The notes under the pieces: model-generated
The model's database searches: none
What the model was told of the DNA's origin: nothing
What the model saw: only the letters and a program-made list of their open reading frames with translations
Shown: positions 13,672 to 26,832 of the stretch, piece by piece
How the letters are laid out: each line of letters opens with the position of its first letter
Numbering within the stretch: the first letter of the stretch is position 1
NCBI RefSeq assembly: GCF_006345805.1
Contig: NC_042999.1
Span: 118,854,001-118,918,000, forward strand
Direction of reading: 5' to 3'
DNA: 64,000 nt
Source: Octopus sinensis
Taxonomy: Eukaryota
Position numbers and translations under genes: made by a program

Positions 13672-14390
13672 CTTTGTTTTCTGTTTACATTTAAGGGAGA
13701 GGCCTATCAACTATTCACAACCTTTAATTGTTCTATAGGTTCAGGACCAATATACTAGCTGTATTTACTGAATCCACCTCCTATAAGTCGAGCACACACA
13801 CACACATGCACATGTATACAAACAGACATACACCTCCAAATGCACACACATGCCATTCACACACATTCACATACACACACACACACACACCTACACATGG
13901 CATATGTATGGATTGTAATCTCTGTTTTCTGTTTACATTTGAGGGAGGGGGCCTGTCAACTATTCACAACCCTTAATTGGTTTATAGGTTCAGGACCAAC
14001 ATACCAGCTTGTCTACTGAATCCACCTCTTATAAGTCTAACACACACACACACATATGCACACAAACATATAGCCCCCACACGCACATGTACATGCACAC
14101 ACATTCACACACACACACACACACACACACCTACACATGGCATATGTATGGATTGTAATCTCTGTTTTCTGTTTACATTTGAGGGAGGGGGCCTGTCAAC
14201 TATTCACAACCCTTAATTGGTTTATAGGTTCAGGACCAACATACCAGCTTGTCTACTGAATCCACCTCTTATAAGTCTAACACACACACACACATATGCA
14301 CACAAACATATAGCCCCCACACGCACATGTACATGCACACACATTCACACACACACACACACACACACACGGCATATATATGGATTGTAA
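13672..14390. repeat. Three-copy tandem repeat, ~240-bp unit
   Basis: 13901-14140 and 14141-14370 are identical as far as I can read at a period of exactly 240. A more diverged partial copy starts near 13672 (offset ~249). Confidence 0.9.
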
Positions 14391-14724
14391 TTTCTGCTTT
14401 AACAAAAACTTCATGTTTGTTTCTTTTCTATTTCGCTACTTTTCACTTATTTTCTAAATATCATTACATTCAAATGCACAGCCCAATGGGTAGATTATAC
14501 AATATGTTCACACTGGTTCAAAAGAAGTTGGAGAATTCATTCAGGAAAATAGAATAATGAATTCTTGAGAAGTTTTCATAATTAGTTTACAGATGCGTTT
14601 AAGTACTTCTATGCATAAAATATTGTCCATATTTTTAAACTCAGTATATCATAAAACAAATACATATTTATATACCCAATCAATTTATTCAATAATTTGA
14701 TATTGCAATATATATATAATATAT

Positions 14725-14766
<42 letters not shown>

Positions 14767-14919
14767 TATAAGTGTGTGTATTTGTATGCATGTATGTATC
14801 TGTGTGTATAGCTTTAAAAGCCATTGCAGGTCCCATAGTCACTGAAAAGAAAAGAAAAGCAAGTACCTTGTTAATGATGGTCATACTCATCTAGCAAGTC
14901 AACAGCTATCATTCATAAG

Positions 14920-14934
14920 TATATATATATATAT

Positions 14935-14987
<53 letters not shown>

Positions 14988-14990
14988 GTA

Positions 14991-15026
<36 letters not shown>

Positions 15027-15051
15027 GTATATATATATATGTATATACGTA

Positions 15052-15083
<32 letters not shown>

Positions 15084-15206
15084 ATGTATATATATATATA
15101 CATATATATATATATGTATATATGTATATGTATATATGTATATATTTATATATATATATGTGTATATGTATATATGTATATATTTATACTTATATATGTA
15201 TATATT

Positions 15207-15238
<32 letters not shown>

Positions 15239-15291
15239 AACAATATGTATATGTGTATATGTATGTGTGTATGTATATGTATATATGTATA

Positions 15292-15360
<69 letters not shown>
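14920..15360. repeat. Long (TA)n/(TATG)n microsatellite; similar tracts at ~3390-3590, 4640-4800, 23820-24100, 24880-25110, 46088-46350, 47750-48120
   Basis: Directly visible. These tracts account for the Y/I/H/T/C/V-rich ORFs in the track. Confidence 0.95.
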
Positions 15361-15801
15361 CGGGGCTGGAATAAAAAGAACACAACAAACAGAAAAATAG
15401 AAAATTAGACAAAACCATAATACACGGAAAATTCCTAGTCCAAATGATCATAGTGATTTCATGTTTTTAACATTGACACCACTCTATCTTGGCAGTACCA
15501 GAGCAGAAAGCTTCTGGGAATAGCTAACGAAAATATATAAGGACAAAACAAACAAGATGGGCTAAAGTAATGTAACAATCTTATGTATGCAACAAAAGAA
15601 TAATAATACAAATACAACAGGAAAAGAATAATTATATACATACAACAGGAAATGGCCTCTCAACTGTCAAATGAACATATGTGAGGTAACACAAATGAGA
15701 AATGGAAAATGTCCTAAGGGACAGAGAGAGGAGCCTGTATGTATATAAGTATGTGTGAATGTATGTATATATATCTGTATATGTATACAGTTTATGTTAT
15801 A

Positions 15802-15969
15802 CATCATCATCATCATCATCGTTTAACGTCTGCTTTCCATGTTAGCATGGGTTGGACGATTTGACTGAGGACTGGCAAACCAAATGGCTGCACCAGGCTC
15901 CAATCTTGATCTGGCAGAATCTCTATATCTGGATGCCCTTCCTAATGCCAATCACTTCGAGAGTTTAGT
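15802..15969 (-). mobile_element. 5'-truncated RTE-type 3' tail abutting the tRNA-Asn
   Basis: (CAT)n-CGTTTAACGTC...GGATGCCCTTCCTAATGCCAA matches the copy at 60740-61265. Confidence 0.8.
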
Positions 15970-15979
15970 AAAGGATCCA

Positions 15980-16053
15980 CATCCCTGGGTGGGCTCGAAC
16001 CACCAACCTTTCAGTTAACAGCCGAACACACTAACCGATTGCACCACAGAGAC
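15980..16053 (-). tRNA. tRNA-Asn (anticodon GTT), probably a pseudogene
   Basis: Minus strand reads GTCTCTGTGGTGCAATCGGTTAGTGTGTTCGGCTGTTAACTGAAAGGTTGGTGGTTCGAGCCCACCCAGGGATG (74 nt) and folds as a cloverleaf. It differs from the canonical metazoan tRNA-Asn as I recall it by five C>T changes, all at CpG. Confidence 0.85.
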
Positions 16054-16945
16054 ATTCCTATACAAATTTAGAAATTTCAACAGACATGAAACATATCATT
16101 GCTTACTATGGAACTATGAGTAGATAAATCTACAAATAATAGCATGTAGATAGGTTAAAAATCATATGTAACATCATCATCATCATCATTTTAACATCTT
16201 CTTTCCCTTGCTTGATGGAATTTTTGATGTTGAATTTCTAAGATTGATTACCCTTCCTGTCACCAGCCCTCTCCTCTTTCAAAATAAAATAACATAGCTG
16301 GACTTACTTTCACAGATGACTGAAAAGTAAGGATATGACTTTGATGACAGTGATACTTGCTTACAACTATGTTGTTAGGTCAAGAAAGAGACATGGTTAC
16401 ACACAAGTATACACACATTCAACACTGACTTCACATGGTGAAGTTGGTCCTGAAACAAAAATGGATGAAAGGCGAGAATGAATGGGAAGAAAATGAAAGG
16501 GTTGTGAGTTGCCCTGTCCTATAATTTGGTGTGAAATATTTCAGATTTTGCCAAGTAGTAATGTTACTCATAGATATACGCTATCAGAGCACTCTAGATT
16601 TTTCTGCTCACAAAGTAAATTATAAATTTTTGACAGCATTTTTTGGCTAGTGTAGTGAGGATGATGAGGGAAAAGATGGTCTACAAATAAATTTAAAGTA
16701 GAGTCTCTCAGAGCTGAACTGGGAGAAGAGGGACAAATATTGTGGTACTGGGAGAAGAGGCAAACATTATAGGACTGAGAGAAGTGGACTCACATTTTAG
16801 GACTGACCTAAGAGTACCCTGGTGTTGATCCTACTTACCCAAATGAATTAAGTGCACATCTGATACTGTAATCGTAATTCAGTCACTTTTTTCTGTCTTT
16901 TGGAAATTTGGTTCTCAGCCAATGGGAGAGCCTCCACTTGATTCC

Positions 16946-17327
16946 TTTATTCTTTTACTTGTTTCAGTCATTTGACTGTTGCCATGCTGGAGCACCTCCT
17001 TCAAGGGTTTTCGTCAACCAAATTGACCTTATAGCTTATTTTTTAAGCCTAGTACTTATTCTATTGGTCTGTTTTACCAAACTGCTAAGTTACAGAGATG
17101 AAGCACACCAACACTCGTTGTCAAGAGGTGATGGGCAGACAAACACAGACACAAAGATACACACACACACGCAGCAGGCTTCTTTCAGTTTCCATCTAAC
17201 AAAATCACTCACAAGGCTTTGGTTGGACTGAGGTTATAATAGAAGACGCCTAAGGTGCCATGCGGTGTAACTGAACTAAGAACGATGTGGCTGGGAAGCA
17301 AGCTTCTCACCACACAGCTACACCTGC
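16946..17327 (-). mobile_element. tRNA-derived SINE, family A (GGCGCAGGAGTGGCTGTGTGG head)
   Basis: Colinear with the better preserved copy at 55852-56265. Confidence 0.8.
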
Positions 17328-18229
17328 AGTGTGATTGCTGATCATTATTAGAACTAGCCCTTAAAGTCTCACTTAAATGACATCTTACACTTATAAATAA
17401 ATGAGGAAAAACAGAACTTATTAGATTATATAGTTCTACATAATCTCTAAAAATATAAATTTGATGGGCTTTGAATTTAGCTCTGATGGATCTGCTTCAA
17501 TTTGTTCTAAACAAAAAGAGAACTGCAACACCACTACTTTGGCTACTGAAAATAGGACCATTAATTTCTTAAGTAATTCTTATTTAAAGGTCAGCTACCT
17601 CAGCGTTAACTGGAGGTAATCTAATTTGTCAATGGCAAACCTCCAAAATTAAGATCAGTTAATCTTCATAATGTTTGACAAGAAACATGCTTGTTATTCA
17701 GAATTTTCTAGTATCCACTTCATCAATAGTTTAACAACCTTTGGCAGGCTGATACAATTCATTCATGCTATCTTAGAAAAACAAATGGATATTATGTAAA
17801 GTCTTAATGAACATTGCAATCGCATGCTTCTTTTGCACATTCACAAACTACTTTTATTTTTGTATGTATTTAAAGAGGAAAAAATATTTTATTTCATTAC
17901 ACTTAAGCAATGTTCAATAGGATCTCAACCTGTGTAGGCATGCTGTAAAATATTTCTCTGTGTATTTGACATGGCTCAAATTACACATTTGGTGAAACAA
18001 GACTACATGCACACAAACATATATGTATGCACGTGAGCTTGAAAATATTTCTTGTTAGTTGAAATGATTGCAGTAGAAAGTATTAAATAACCAGTATATA
18101 AAACTCTTTATTTGTATCATATATTGAGTAGTTAAACTGAAATAACTCTATAATGATTTAAGAAAAACTTTATATAAATATATATATATATATAAAAGTA
18201 TACATATATATATAAATATGCATATACTT

Positions 18230-18458
18230 ATTTCTTTGCTAGCCACAAGGGGCTAAACACAGAGGGGACAAACAAGGACAGACAAACGGATTAAGTCAAT
18301 TACATCGACCCCAATGTGTAACAGGTACTTAATTTATTGACCCTGAGAAGATGAAAGCAAAGTCAATCTTGGCGGAATTTGAACTCAGAATGTAATGGCA
18401 GATGAAATACGGCTACACATTTCACCCGGCATGCTAACATTTCTGCCAGCTCGCCGCC
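18230..18458 (-). mobile_element. tRNA-derived SINE, family B
   Basis: Reverse complement of the GGCGGCGAGCTGGCAGAAATGTTAGCA head and the GGGGTCGATGTAATTGACTTAATCC body. Confidence 0.85.
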
Positions 18459-18475
18459 TTGGTATATGCATATAC

Positions 18476-19665
18476 CATCATCATAGTTTAAAGTCTGTTT
18501 TCATGCTGCCATGGGTCAAACGATTTGACAGTATCCAGTAAGCCAGATGACTTTGGTGAGCTCCAATGTCTACTTTGGCATTATTTCTCTGGCTAGGTCC
18601 CTCTCTTACTTCCAACCATTTTACAGAGCATACCAGTTGCTTTTTTTTTTAATGATACAAGCACTAGTGAGGTCACAAAGTAACTTGCATGACAACAAAA
18701 AAAGGCTCTTTAACTGAGTGAGGTTTGAAGTAAAGAAGAATGTGGCTTTCCGCCTGGTGTTGAGAGATTAAAGTATGATGGAAGAACAGGCACAGGTATC
18801 TTGCTATAGAGCAGATACATAGCTATCCAGTATTGTATAAGGGTGGATAGGAGTAGCTGGTAGCAAGACAAAGATGGTGGTGATGTGGTGTCTGAGTGTG
18901 GGTGTCGGAAAATGGGTGAAAGGGGAAATATATGAGTTTAGTTGAGGTAGAAGTTGAATAGCTGTACAGAAAAGGTAGAGAGTTGCAGTTTAATAAGCTT
19001 AGATAGATAGATCTGAAAATATGGAGATGATGTACAAAGTGAGAGAATGTGAGAGAGGGAAAGAGTGAGAGAGTTGTATAGTGTCAGAGATGAAGGCAGA
19101 GGTGCCTGGGATGGAGTTAGTGAATTGGGGGATCAAAGATAGTGGTGGTGGAGGGGCTATCAACACCAGATATGAAATAGTATTGAAGACAAGGAATGGC
19201 AGTCCTAAAATATATCTCAGAGGAGAAGAATAAATAACTGGGTTCACAGCAAAAGGTGGTCCATGCAAAATGAAGTGGGAAGGCATGGTGTCAAGAATGA
19301 AGGATGGATTTTTTTTTTTAAAAGTGGCTCCAGGGAGAGGAGGAGTTAACTGGTTGCATAAGATGAAATGAAATGAGTGTATATTCTGTTCTCATATGAT
19401 TACAACAGCTGAATAGTGCCACAGTAAGAAGAATGATGAAGGGATGGGTGTAAGGTAAAATAAAAAGTGGGGAAGGATCGATGAGGACAGATTGGGTGCA
19501 AGGGTAGGCCCCGGTGAGTACATAGACACAAGGATAATACTTTTAGGACCACTCTTTGCTGTGACATCTTGGTCTTCTCAAGCACCGCATATCACCAATC
19601 AGTCTTTCATCTTCTTCATGAGGCTCAACATCTTGAGATCAGCCTTCACTACTTCATTTGTTTTT
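18476..19665 (-). mobile_element. Composite of RTE-type tail and decayed RTE fragments
   Basis: (CAT)n start of a tail copy at 18476, followed by purine-rich decayed sequence similar to 27060-27600. A C-terminal RT-like fragment lies near 19540-19665. Confidence 0.5.
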
Positions 19666-21491
19666 GTATATGCATGTTTAGAATGAGTGCTGTTACATTA
19701 TACATGCAACACAGATACTGAAAGAAAGCTCTTGGAAACAAATGATAATTAATCTTTGACTTTTAACAGTGTATTAATACAGTAACACTTTTATCATATA
19801 TTACATGTGTTTTAGTTGTGTTTTGTTCATTTTATAGCAATGAATATTAAGTGTTTTAGTCTTCTGACAGCCATTAACTAAAGCATTTTACTCTCATATT
19901 GCAATTTTTCCAGTCCCTTTAATGAATGCTTTTAATTTTGAAAAATGTTTTTATTTCATTGACCTTTCCAATTTATATTCAGTTATCTGGGATATTGGGA
20001 TGTATATGTCAAATCACTTGTATACACACATACTTACATGCATATATATATACACATATATTTACTTACAAAAATATGCACATATATACATACATGTATT
20101 TACTTACATATGTATGCACATAAATACATAAATATATACATTCTTATATAACACATGCATACATACACAATAGATGCATACAACTGCCAACATATCTACA
20201 TAAAGTCTAAAACAACAAACACCAACGACAGGTTCTTTCAACAAATAGAGATACAGCTTGTATCAGTGTCACAGAAGGGAACATTACTCCAAACGACTAA
20301 GCCTTTTGTTACTATATTTCAGATGAAATACACTACCTTACTTTCAATTAATTTTAAAAATCATGATTTGTAAAACAACTTTACCACTATTAAGCTGGTG
20401 TTGAAAACATAACATGAAATTTTGAGGGAACATCTTGATTTATCATTTTAAAATATGAATTTTGTGTCATAGAACCAAGAGCAGTCTCAGACAAGTTGCT
20501 ATGAAAAGGGTTAATATATGGGTTGCTTTTGATATTTCCATGCAAATTCATATTTTCGTTTCTATTTATAAACCTAAAATTCTGCCATTAAAAATTGTAA
20601 TATTAATTTCTTGTGAAGATATTCAAGTCTTACCTTATTACTATGCACAACATACTAATATATTTCAGCTGTGCTCTGCAACACACAAATATAAAATAAC
20701 TAAACTGCCTATAAACCTATTTTAAATTGACATTTTCACCTGTAAACCTCAACTATATCTAATGAACTAAATGAAGGAAATTAAACATAACTAGATAACA
20801 CGAACACTTAGAGTGTTCGGTTTTAGTCTAATGACAAGTTTTAGGAGGTCGTTTAATGAAAAGACCATTTAATGTACATGCTAGGAGATACATCACTTGA
20901 TGCATCCATTTTATCGTAATAGAACTGGTAGAAAGGAGTGCTGAAAATTGCGATATTTGCATATTGCTGGAGCAATTATTTTTATAGATGAATATCTATA
21001 AAATTACTCAGATAGGATTGATACTAATTTTATATATTGAAGAGTTGAGAGAAAGGGAGGAATATTGTGGGATTAGGAGAAGGAGGCACACATTTTAGGT
21101 CTGGCCTATAGCATTGAATACCCTGGCACTGTCCCTGGTTAAACAACTATGTTAACTGTACATTTAATAAGAACATAATTCAATCATTTTTCCCCCTTTT
21201 TTATTCTAAACAGAAGAATACCCAGAAACGTAACACATGTTTAAAATATTTGAACTCTTACACAGTTAGTTCAGCAACAACTATTTGCCTCAGAAAGAAA
21301 AATATTTAAATAAAACATTATTACTTAAACTTAGCTAAATTTTGTAGTAGATTAACAAGAAGGTTCAAAAAGAAAAGAGCAGATGAAATAAATGTAAGTT
21401 CATAAAATTTAGTGCAATCAACTTTGATGGGAAAAATAATAGAAACACCTCTTTACTTTCATTTTCAGATATATGTTTTCTACAAAGGGTA

Positions 21492-21529
<38 letters not shown>

Positions 21530-22886
21530 TGTGTGCGTGAGAGAGAGAGTGTGTGTGTGTGTGTGTTGTTTGTGTGTGTATTGAAAAGTACAAAAATAAA
21601 ATGTCACTAATTTTTCAATATTACTAACATTTAAAGAAGCAGCCTGAGAGAATCATAAGTATTCCAGACAAAATACTTAGCAGCATATCATCTGCCTATG
21701 TCCTGAGTTCAAATTCTGCCACGGTTGACTTTGTACTTTAGTTTCACATCAAACTACTTCATTCAAATGACAAATCCATGACTTTATGTTTCAGGCCCAA
21801 CATCTAAACCACTAAGCCATGTGCCTTCACACACACACATTCCTCTGCCTCAGCTACCTTATTGATAATATTGTCCCAAATGGAGGCAGCATTCAGTGGT
21901 GAGGACCACTTTTGTTTTGCTGGGTACAAGACAAACTCACTAGTGCTAGTGCCACAATAACATATATCTAGTACACTTTGTAATGTGATTGGCAAATGAG
22001 TAAATACAATAGAGGATGGGGAGGGCCCTTTGGTCTTGACTAATGGGAAATGTGACTAGCTTTCTAAAATACAATTTAGTAAAATATAATTTAGTGAACT
22101 GAGAAACTACATCCAGCATACTCAGTAATGTGGTTGGTGTATCTCAAGGGTAACCAGCTGCAGAATCCATGCAAAAATAAGATGTATGAATGCAACAATG
22201 TTGTCCGACCTGTTTTAGACAACAGTTCTGCTTTTCCATAATGGCTTGGGTTGCATGAGTTGTCTTGATCCAAGTCAGTTTTTATTTAGACCTATAGATA
22301 GACCAGGGACCAATTTTCACTCATACGTTGCATTTTGGCATGGTTTCTATGTTTGGATATCTTATCCATCACCAACTGCTTTGCTGAATGCACTGGATGC
22401 ATTTTATGGTACTAATACAAGAGAGGTTATCTTATCGCCATTAAGAAAGTTTTCTCAGTCCTACAATGTTTCCATTCACACAAGCACTACCACCAGAGAG
22501 GTTGTTTTCCCTTTGATAATAAAAACGATTCCTCTCTTCTTTGTGTATTCTTCACTTGTTTCTTTCTTTCCTACACAATTGAGTGGGAAGAGACTCACAG
22601 TGTGAAGGTGATAGGGTGAAAAGCAACAGAAAAAATGCAGAGGGTAAGAGCAAGAAAGTGATAAGACAACTACCTGAAGGATGTACTGAGATGAGGAGGA
22701 CCAACATAACAAAGAGGTTGATAAAAGAGAGGATAATGTAAAAGAACCAAAGGAAATGGGTGATAGAAAAGAGGGTATTGGAAGACAGAGAAAATATGGG
22801 AACTAAGGGATAGTGATGAGAGAGAAAAAGAGAGTAAGAAAGAGTAACTAATAGAAGCCTAAACCCCTAGAAGTCATCTTTAATGT

Positions 22887-22976
22887 GACTCAATCCTTTC
22901 ACTCTGTCTCATACCATCTGATGAAATGGACATGTCCTTTGTGTCCATGAAACTTTAAATCATAAGGAGCTGAGTC
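22887..22976 (+). ncRNA. Degenerate type I hammerhead ribozyme motif
   Basis: CTGATGA (22918-22924), stem II ATGGACA/TGTCCAT with one extra A, GAAAC (22949-22953). Distal pairing GACTCA/TGAGTC. Proximal stem I and stem III are decayed. Confidence 0.5.
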
Positions 22977-23079
22977 AAGTTTATTAAATATATATATTTG
23001 TGGGTGGTGGGGAACATTTTGTAAACAAATTGTTTCCATATTCCCAAAAGTTATTACTTAACATTAAAGCTATTGGTAA

Positions 23080-23424
23080 TTGTTGTCAGGGGCTACTTAA
23101 CTTAATAGTACAGAGCACTCTAGTCTGAGTGATTTTCTATAAGGTAGAGATCGGGATTTCCTTTGCTTCTATTATGGCATGTTGAATTAACTTGTTGGGG
23201 TATTTTTGTTTCTGAAGGAATATATTAAGTTCTGCCAGTTATTTCTCTTGTCTAATGTTATATGTGACTTTTGAGCATATGCACCTTGCCATATTAAGTG
23301 ATATGTTCCTTTTTGTATGGAAAGGATGGCAAGATCTAAGATCTAAATATTGGTGTGTGTCTGCTTTCTTGTAGCAGAGGTCAGTTGTAATTGTCTCATT
23401 TTCTTTAATTTTCAGAATATCCAT
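23080..23424 (-). mobile_element. Penelope-like element fragment (RT C-terminal/thumb region)
   Basis: ITTDLCYKKADTHQYLDLRSCHPFHTKRNISLNMARCIC matches the TDLYxKxTDxHxYLxxxSCHPxHxKxxIPxxxAxRIC pattern of Penelope RTs. Confidence 0.8.
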
Positions 23425-23449
23425 ACATGTATTATTTTATTCTTTTTTT

Positions 23450-23802
23450 TTCTTTAATTTGTTTCAGTCATTTGACTGGATCACCACCTTTAGTTGAACA
23501 AATTGACCCCTTGACTTATTTTTTGTAAGCCTAGTACTTATTCTACTGGTCTATTCAGCCAAGCTGCTAAGTTACAGGGGTGTAAACACACCAACATTTG
23601 TTGTCAAGCGATGGGGTGGGGGACAAACGCAGACACACACAAACATACACACATGTATATGTTTCTGTCTACTAAATCCACTCACAAGGTTTTGGTCAGC
23701 CGAAGGTATAGTAGAAAACACTTGCTCAAGGTGCCATGCTGTGGGACTGAACTTGGAAGCATGTGGTTGGTAAGTTAGCTACTTACAACACAGCCACTCC
23801 TA
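23450..23802 (-). mobile_element. tRNA-derived SINE, family A
   Basis: Colinear with 55852-56265. Confidence 0.8.
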
Positions 23803-23899
23803 TACACACACACTCACACACACATATATACATATATATATGTGTATGTATGTACATATATATGTATGTATATATATGTATATATATATATACATATAT

Positions 23900-23930
<31 letters not shown>

Positions 23931-23965
23931 GATGTGTATATATATATATAATATATATATATATA

Positions 23966-24000
<35 letters not shown>

Positions 24001-24012
24001 TGTATGTATGTG

Positions 24013-24046
<34 letters not shown>

Positions 24047-24054
24047 GAGAGAGA

Positions 24055-24102
<48 letters not shown>

Positions 24103-25005
24103 AGTATTATGTATGCATATATAAATTCCCTTGATACACACATACACACCATGGGCAAGTGTCTACTTCTATAATCTTGGGATTACTGAAGGTTTGTGAG
24201 TGAATGTGGCCGATGGAAACCATAAAGGTACCAAATGCATATGTATATAATTGTGTGTGTGTGTGTGTATGTGTGTGTATGTGTGTGTGTGTGTGTGCGT
24301 GTGTGTGTGTCTGTGTGTGTGTGCTTCCTTGCATTGATACTTATTTTGGGTGAAGATTGTAAACAAAAGTTGCCATTTATACAAAAATGTCTAAGACGTG
24401 TCATTTGTCTGTAATCTTCCATACCAGCTTTGGACATTGAGTTGCAAGTTGCATATGTTTAAAGAATTTGGAGGAATATCATTAACCTTCTTTAAAACAA
24501 GTGAGGGTTGGCAACAGAAAGAACATTCAGTTGTAGAAAATCTATCCCAATGTGTTTTCATCTGACACATGCAAGCCTGTAAAATTGTATCCTGAAATGA
24601 TGATGATGACACACATGCACACAAACACACAAGCAAATAATGACCTTTGATCTGACCCATTCAAACATGAAAAAATGGACATTAAATAATGATGAGGATA
24701 ATGGGGAAGACATCAGTAGTCACAGATCTTTTTCATGTCTGAAAATTTCAGTTTCCTCTTGATAAAATGGCTCCTTTGTGTTAATAACATTGATGACTGA
24801 AATAGTCAATCATTGAATTAAATAATGTGTGTGTGTGTGCATGTGTGTATATGCATGTACTTATGTATATATGTAAATAAATATATGTGTGTGTATGTAT
24901 ACATATATGCATGTATGTTCTAGTTATATATATATATGTATATGTGTGTATATATATATGTGTATGTATGTATATATATGTATATATACATACATACATG
25001 TATAC

Positions 25006-25088
<83 letters not shown>

Positions 25089-26703
25089 AACACACACATA
25101 TATATATATATATGTTCACTAGTTATTTGATAGTTCAAACCAAACTAAATTCAGGCTATGCCAGAGCACCATCTTATGCACTGTATCATTTTGTGTTTAC
25201 TATTTGCACTTCTGAAGATTGTCTTTTTGTATTTGCATGCATTTATCTCATGAATCAGTGAGGTATTGTGAATCTATCTGCTCTTTATTGACTACACATC
25301 ATGAGAGAGATATATCCAATTGATATTTGAACTCTTAAAGCCATTGTCCATTTCTTAATTACTTTAATTATACATACAGGTGCATACATAACTGTATGTT
25401 TAAGAAGTTCAATTTCTAATCACATGGTTTGTGGCTCAGTTCCATTGCATGGCACCTTGGGTAATAAACTCAGGTAACCAAAGCCATGTGAACAGATTTG
25501 GTTGACAGAAACTGAAAGAAACCCATTATAAATGTATGTGTGCATGTATGCGTGAATATAAATGTGTGTAAGTCTGTATGTGTCTGTGAGTGTGCATTTT
25601 TGACATCACTTGATAGTTGTAAATAAATGTCACCATCTTACTTTATTTCCAGTCTTCCACATAAAATTGTCCTGTCACGGTAAAATATTACTCTTCCTTA
25701 ACAACATCTAATCAGCCTTTTCAATTTCCAAGGCCAACCTTGCCTCTCATCCTTTTGGAATCTGTAAAATAAGTACCAGTTGAGCACTGAGACTGATGTG
25801 ATTGGCTTCTTCACTCCCAGCAAATTGCAAACCAAAATTTGAAACCATTATTACCCTGATAGGAAATAAGTGAGAATTGGCAATAAGCAGGACATCCAAC
25901 AATAGAGTTTTGTCTCCACAAATTCCTTCTGATCCATGCAAGCAAGAAAAAAGTAAAGTTTATATATATAAATAACAAGGTTCCGATGGTGGAAGTTCTG
26001 TAATAAAGTGCTTTCACTGAATTATTATTCCAAGGAAGTTTCTGGAAGATAGTTGACAGAATCTATTTAGCACTTGATTTATTAAATTACATACATTAAA
26101 CTTTGGATTTTTTTACCACTCAGAAATTTCATGCTTAAGTTAATGTGTCATTCTGTTTCTGATCAAAACACAAAACTTCTTATCTTCAAATATTGTTCCT
26201 TTTTCTCTATTGTTTATATTTTCCTTACTGATGTTAATACCTAAAGGAAAAATATTTGTAGCAGGTATGTTCATTCACAAGTTATTGTGGGGTTTAGATT
26301 TATGGGTATTATTTTCTACAGCTTGAAAACAAAGCTTTCTGCTGCAGAGAGACTTCAATAATGAAGTTTCTGTGTCTAGTACCTTGATTGCTTAGAGCAC
26401 CAAAGCTTGAAATACTTGGGCAGTATTGAGAAATATGTATTCTTGGAAATAGGAATTCTCAAATACCAGACTGATTAATGTTTAGTATTGAAGTCTTTGA
26501 AGTATTTTCCCTTTGGACTATTCAGGAGTTTATATTGCATACATGTTGTATCATTGAGCAGGGAATGCATATGTGAGTGTGTGTTATATACACACATACA
26601 CACACACATGTTTGTATACAAGCTTATACACATATATTCAATTACCTAACATATATGTGTGAGTGTGTGTATATACACACACACATATATATATATGCAT
26701 GTG

Positions 26704-26737
<34 letters not shown>

Positions 26738-26832
26738 TATACACACACATATATGTATATATACATACACACATATGTGTATTTATATGTATGTATGTGG
26801 ATATATATGTGTATGTGTGTATGTAATTATCA

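Noticed and set aside
15361-15660. Repeat resembling a Penelope pseudo-LTR with an AAAACATG remnant on the minus strand
   Set aside because: No recognisable core or partner arm; cannot be supported without a consensus.
16705-16810. Three ~30-bp degenerate repeats (ACTGGGAGAAGAGG...) superficially like a CRISPR array
   Set aside because: Eukaryotic DNA, no unique spacers, no cas genes; a decayed minisatellite.
17400-17860. Minus-strand SSGVAVLF, reminiscent of a LINE APE motif
   Set aside because: A single short motif among many stops; insufficient support.
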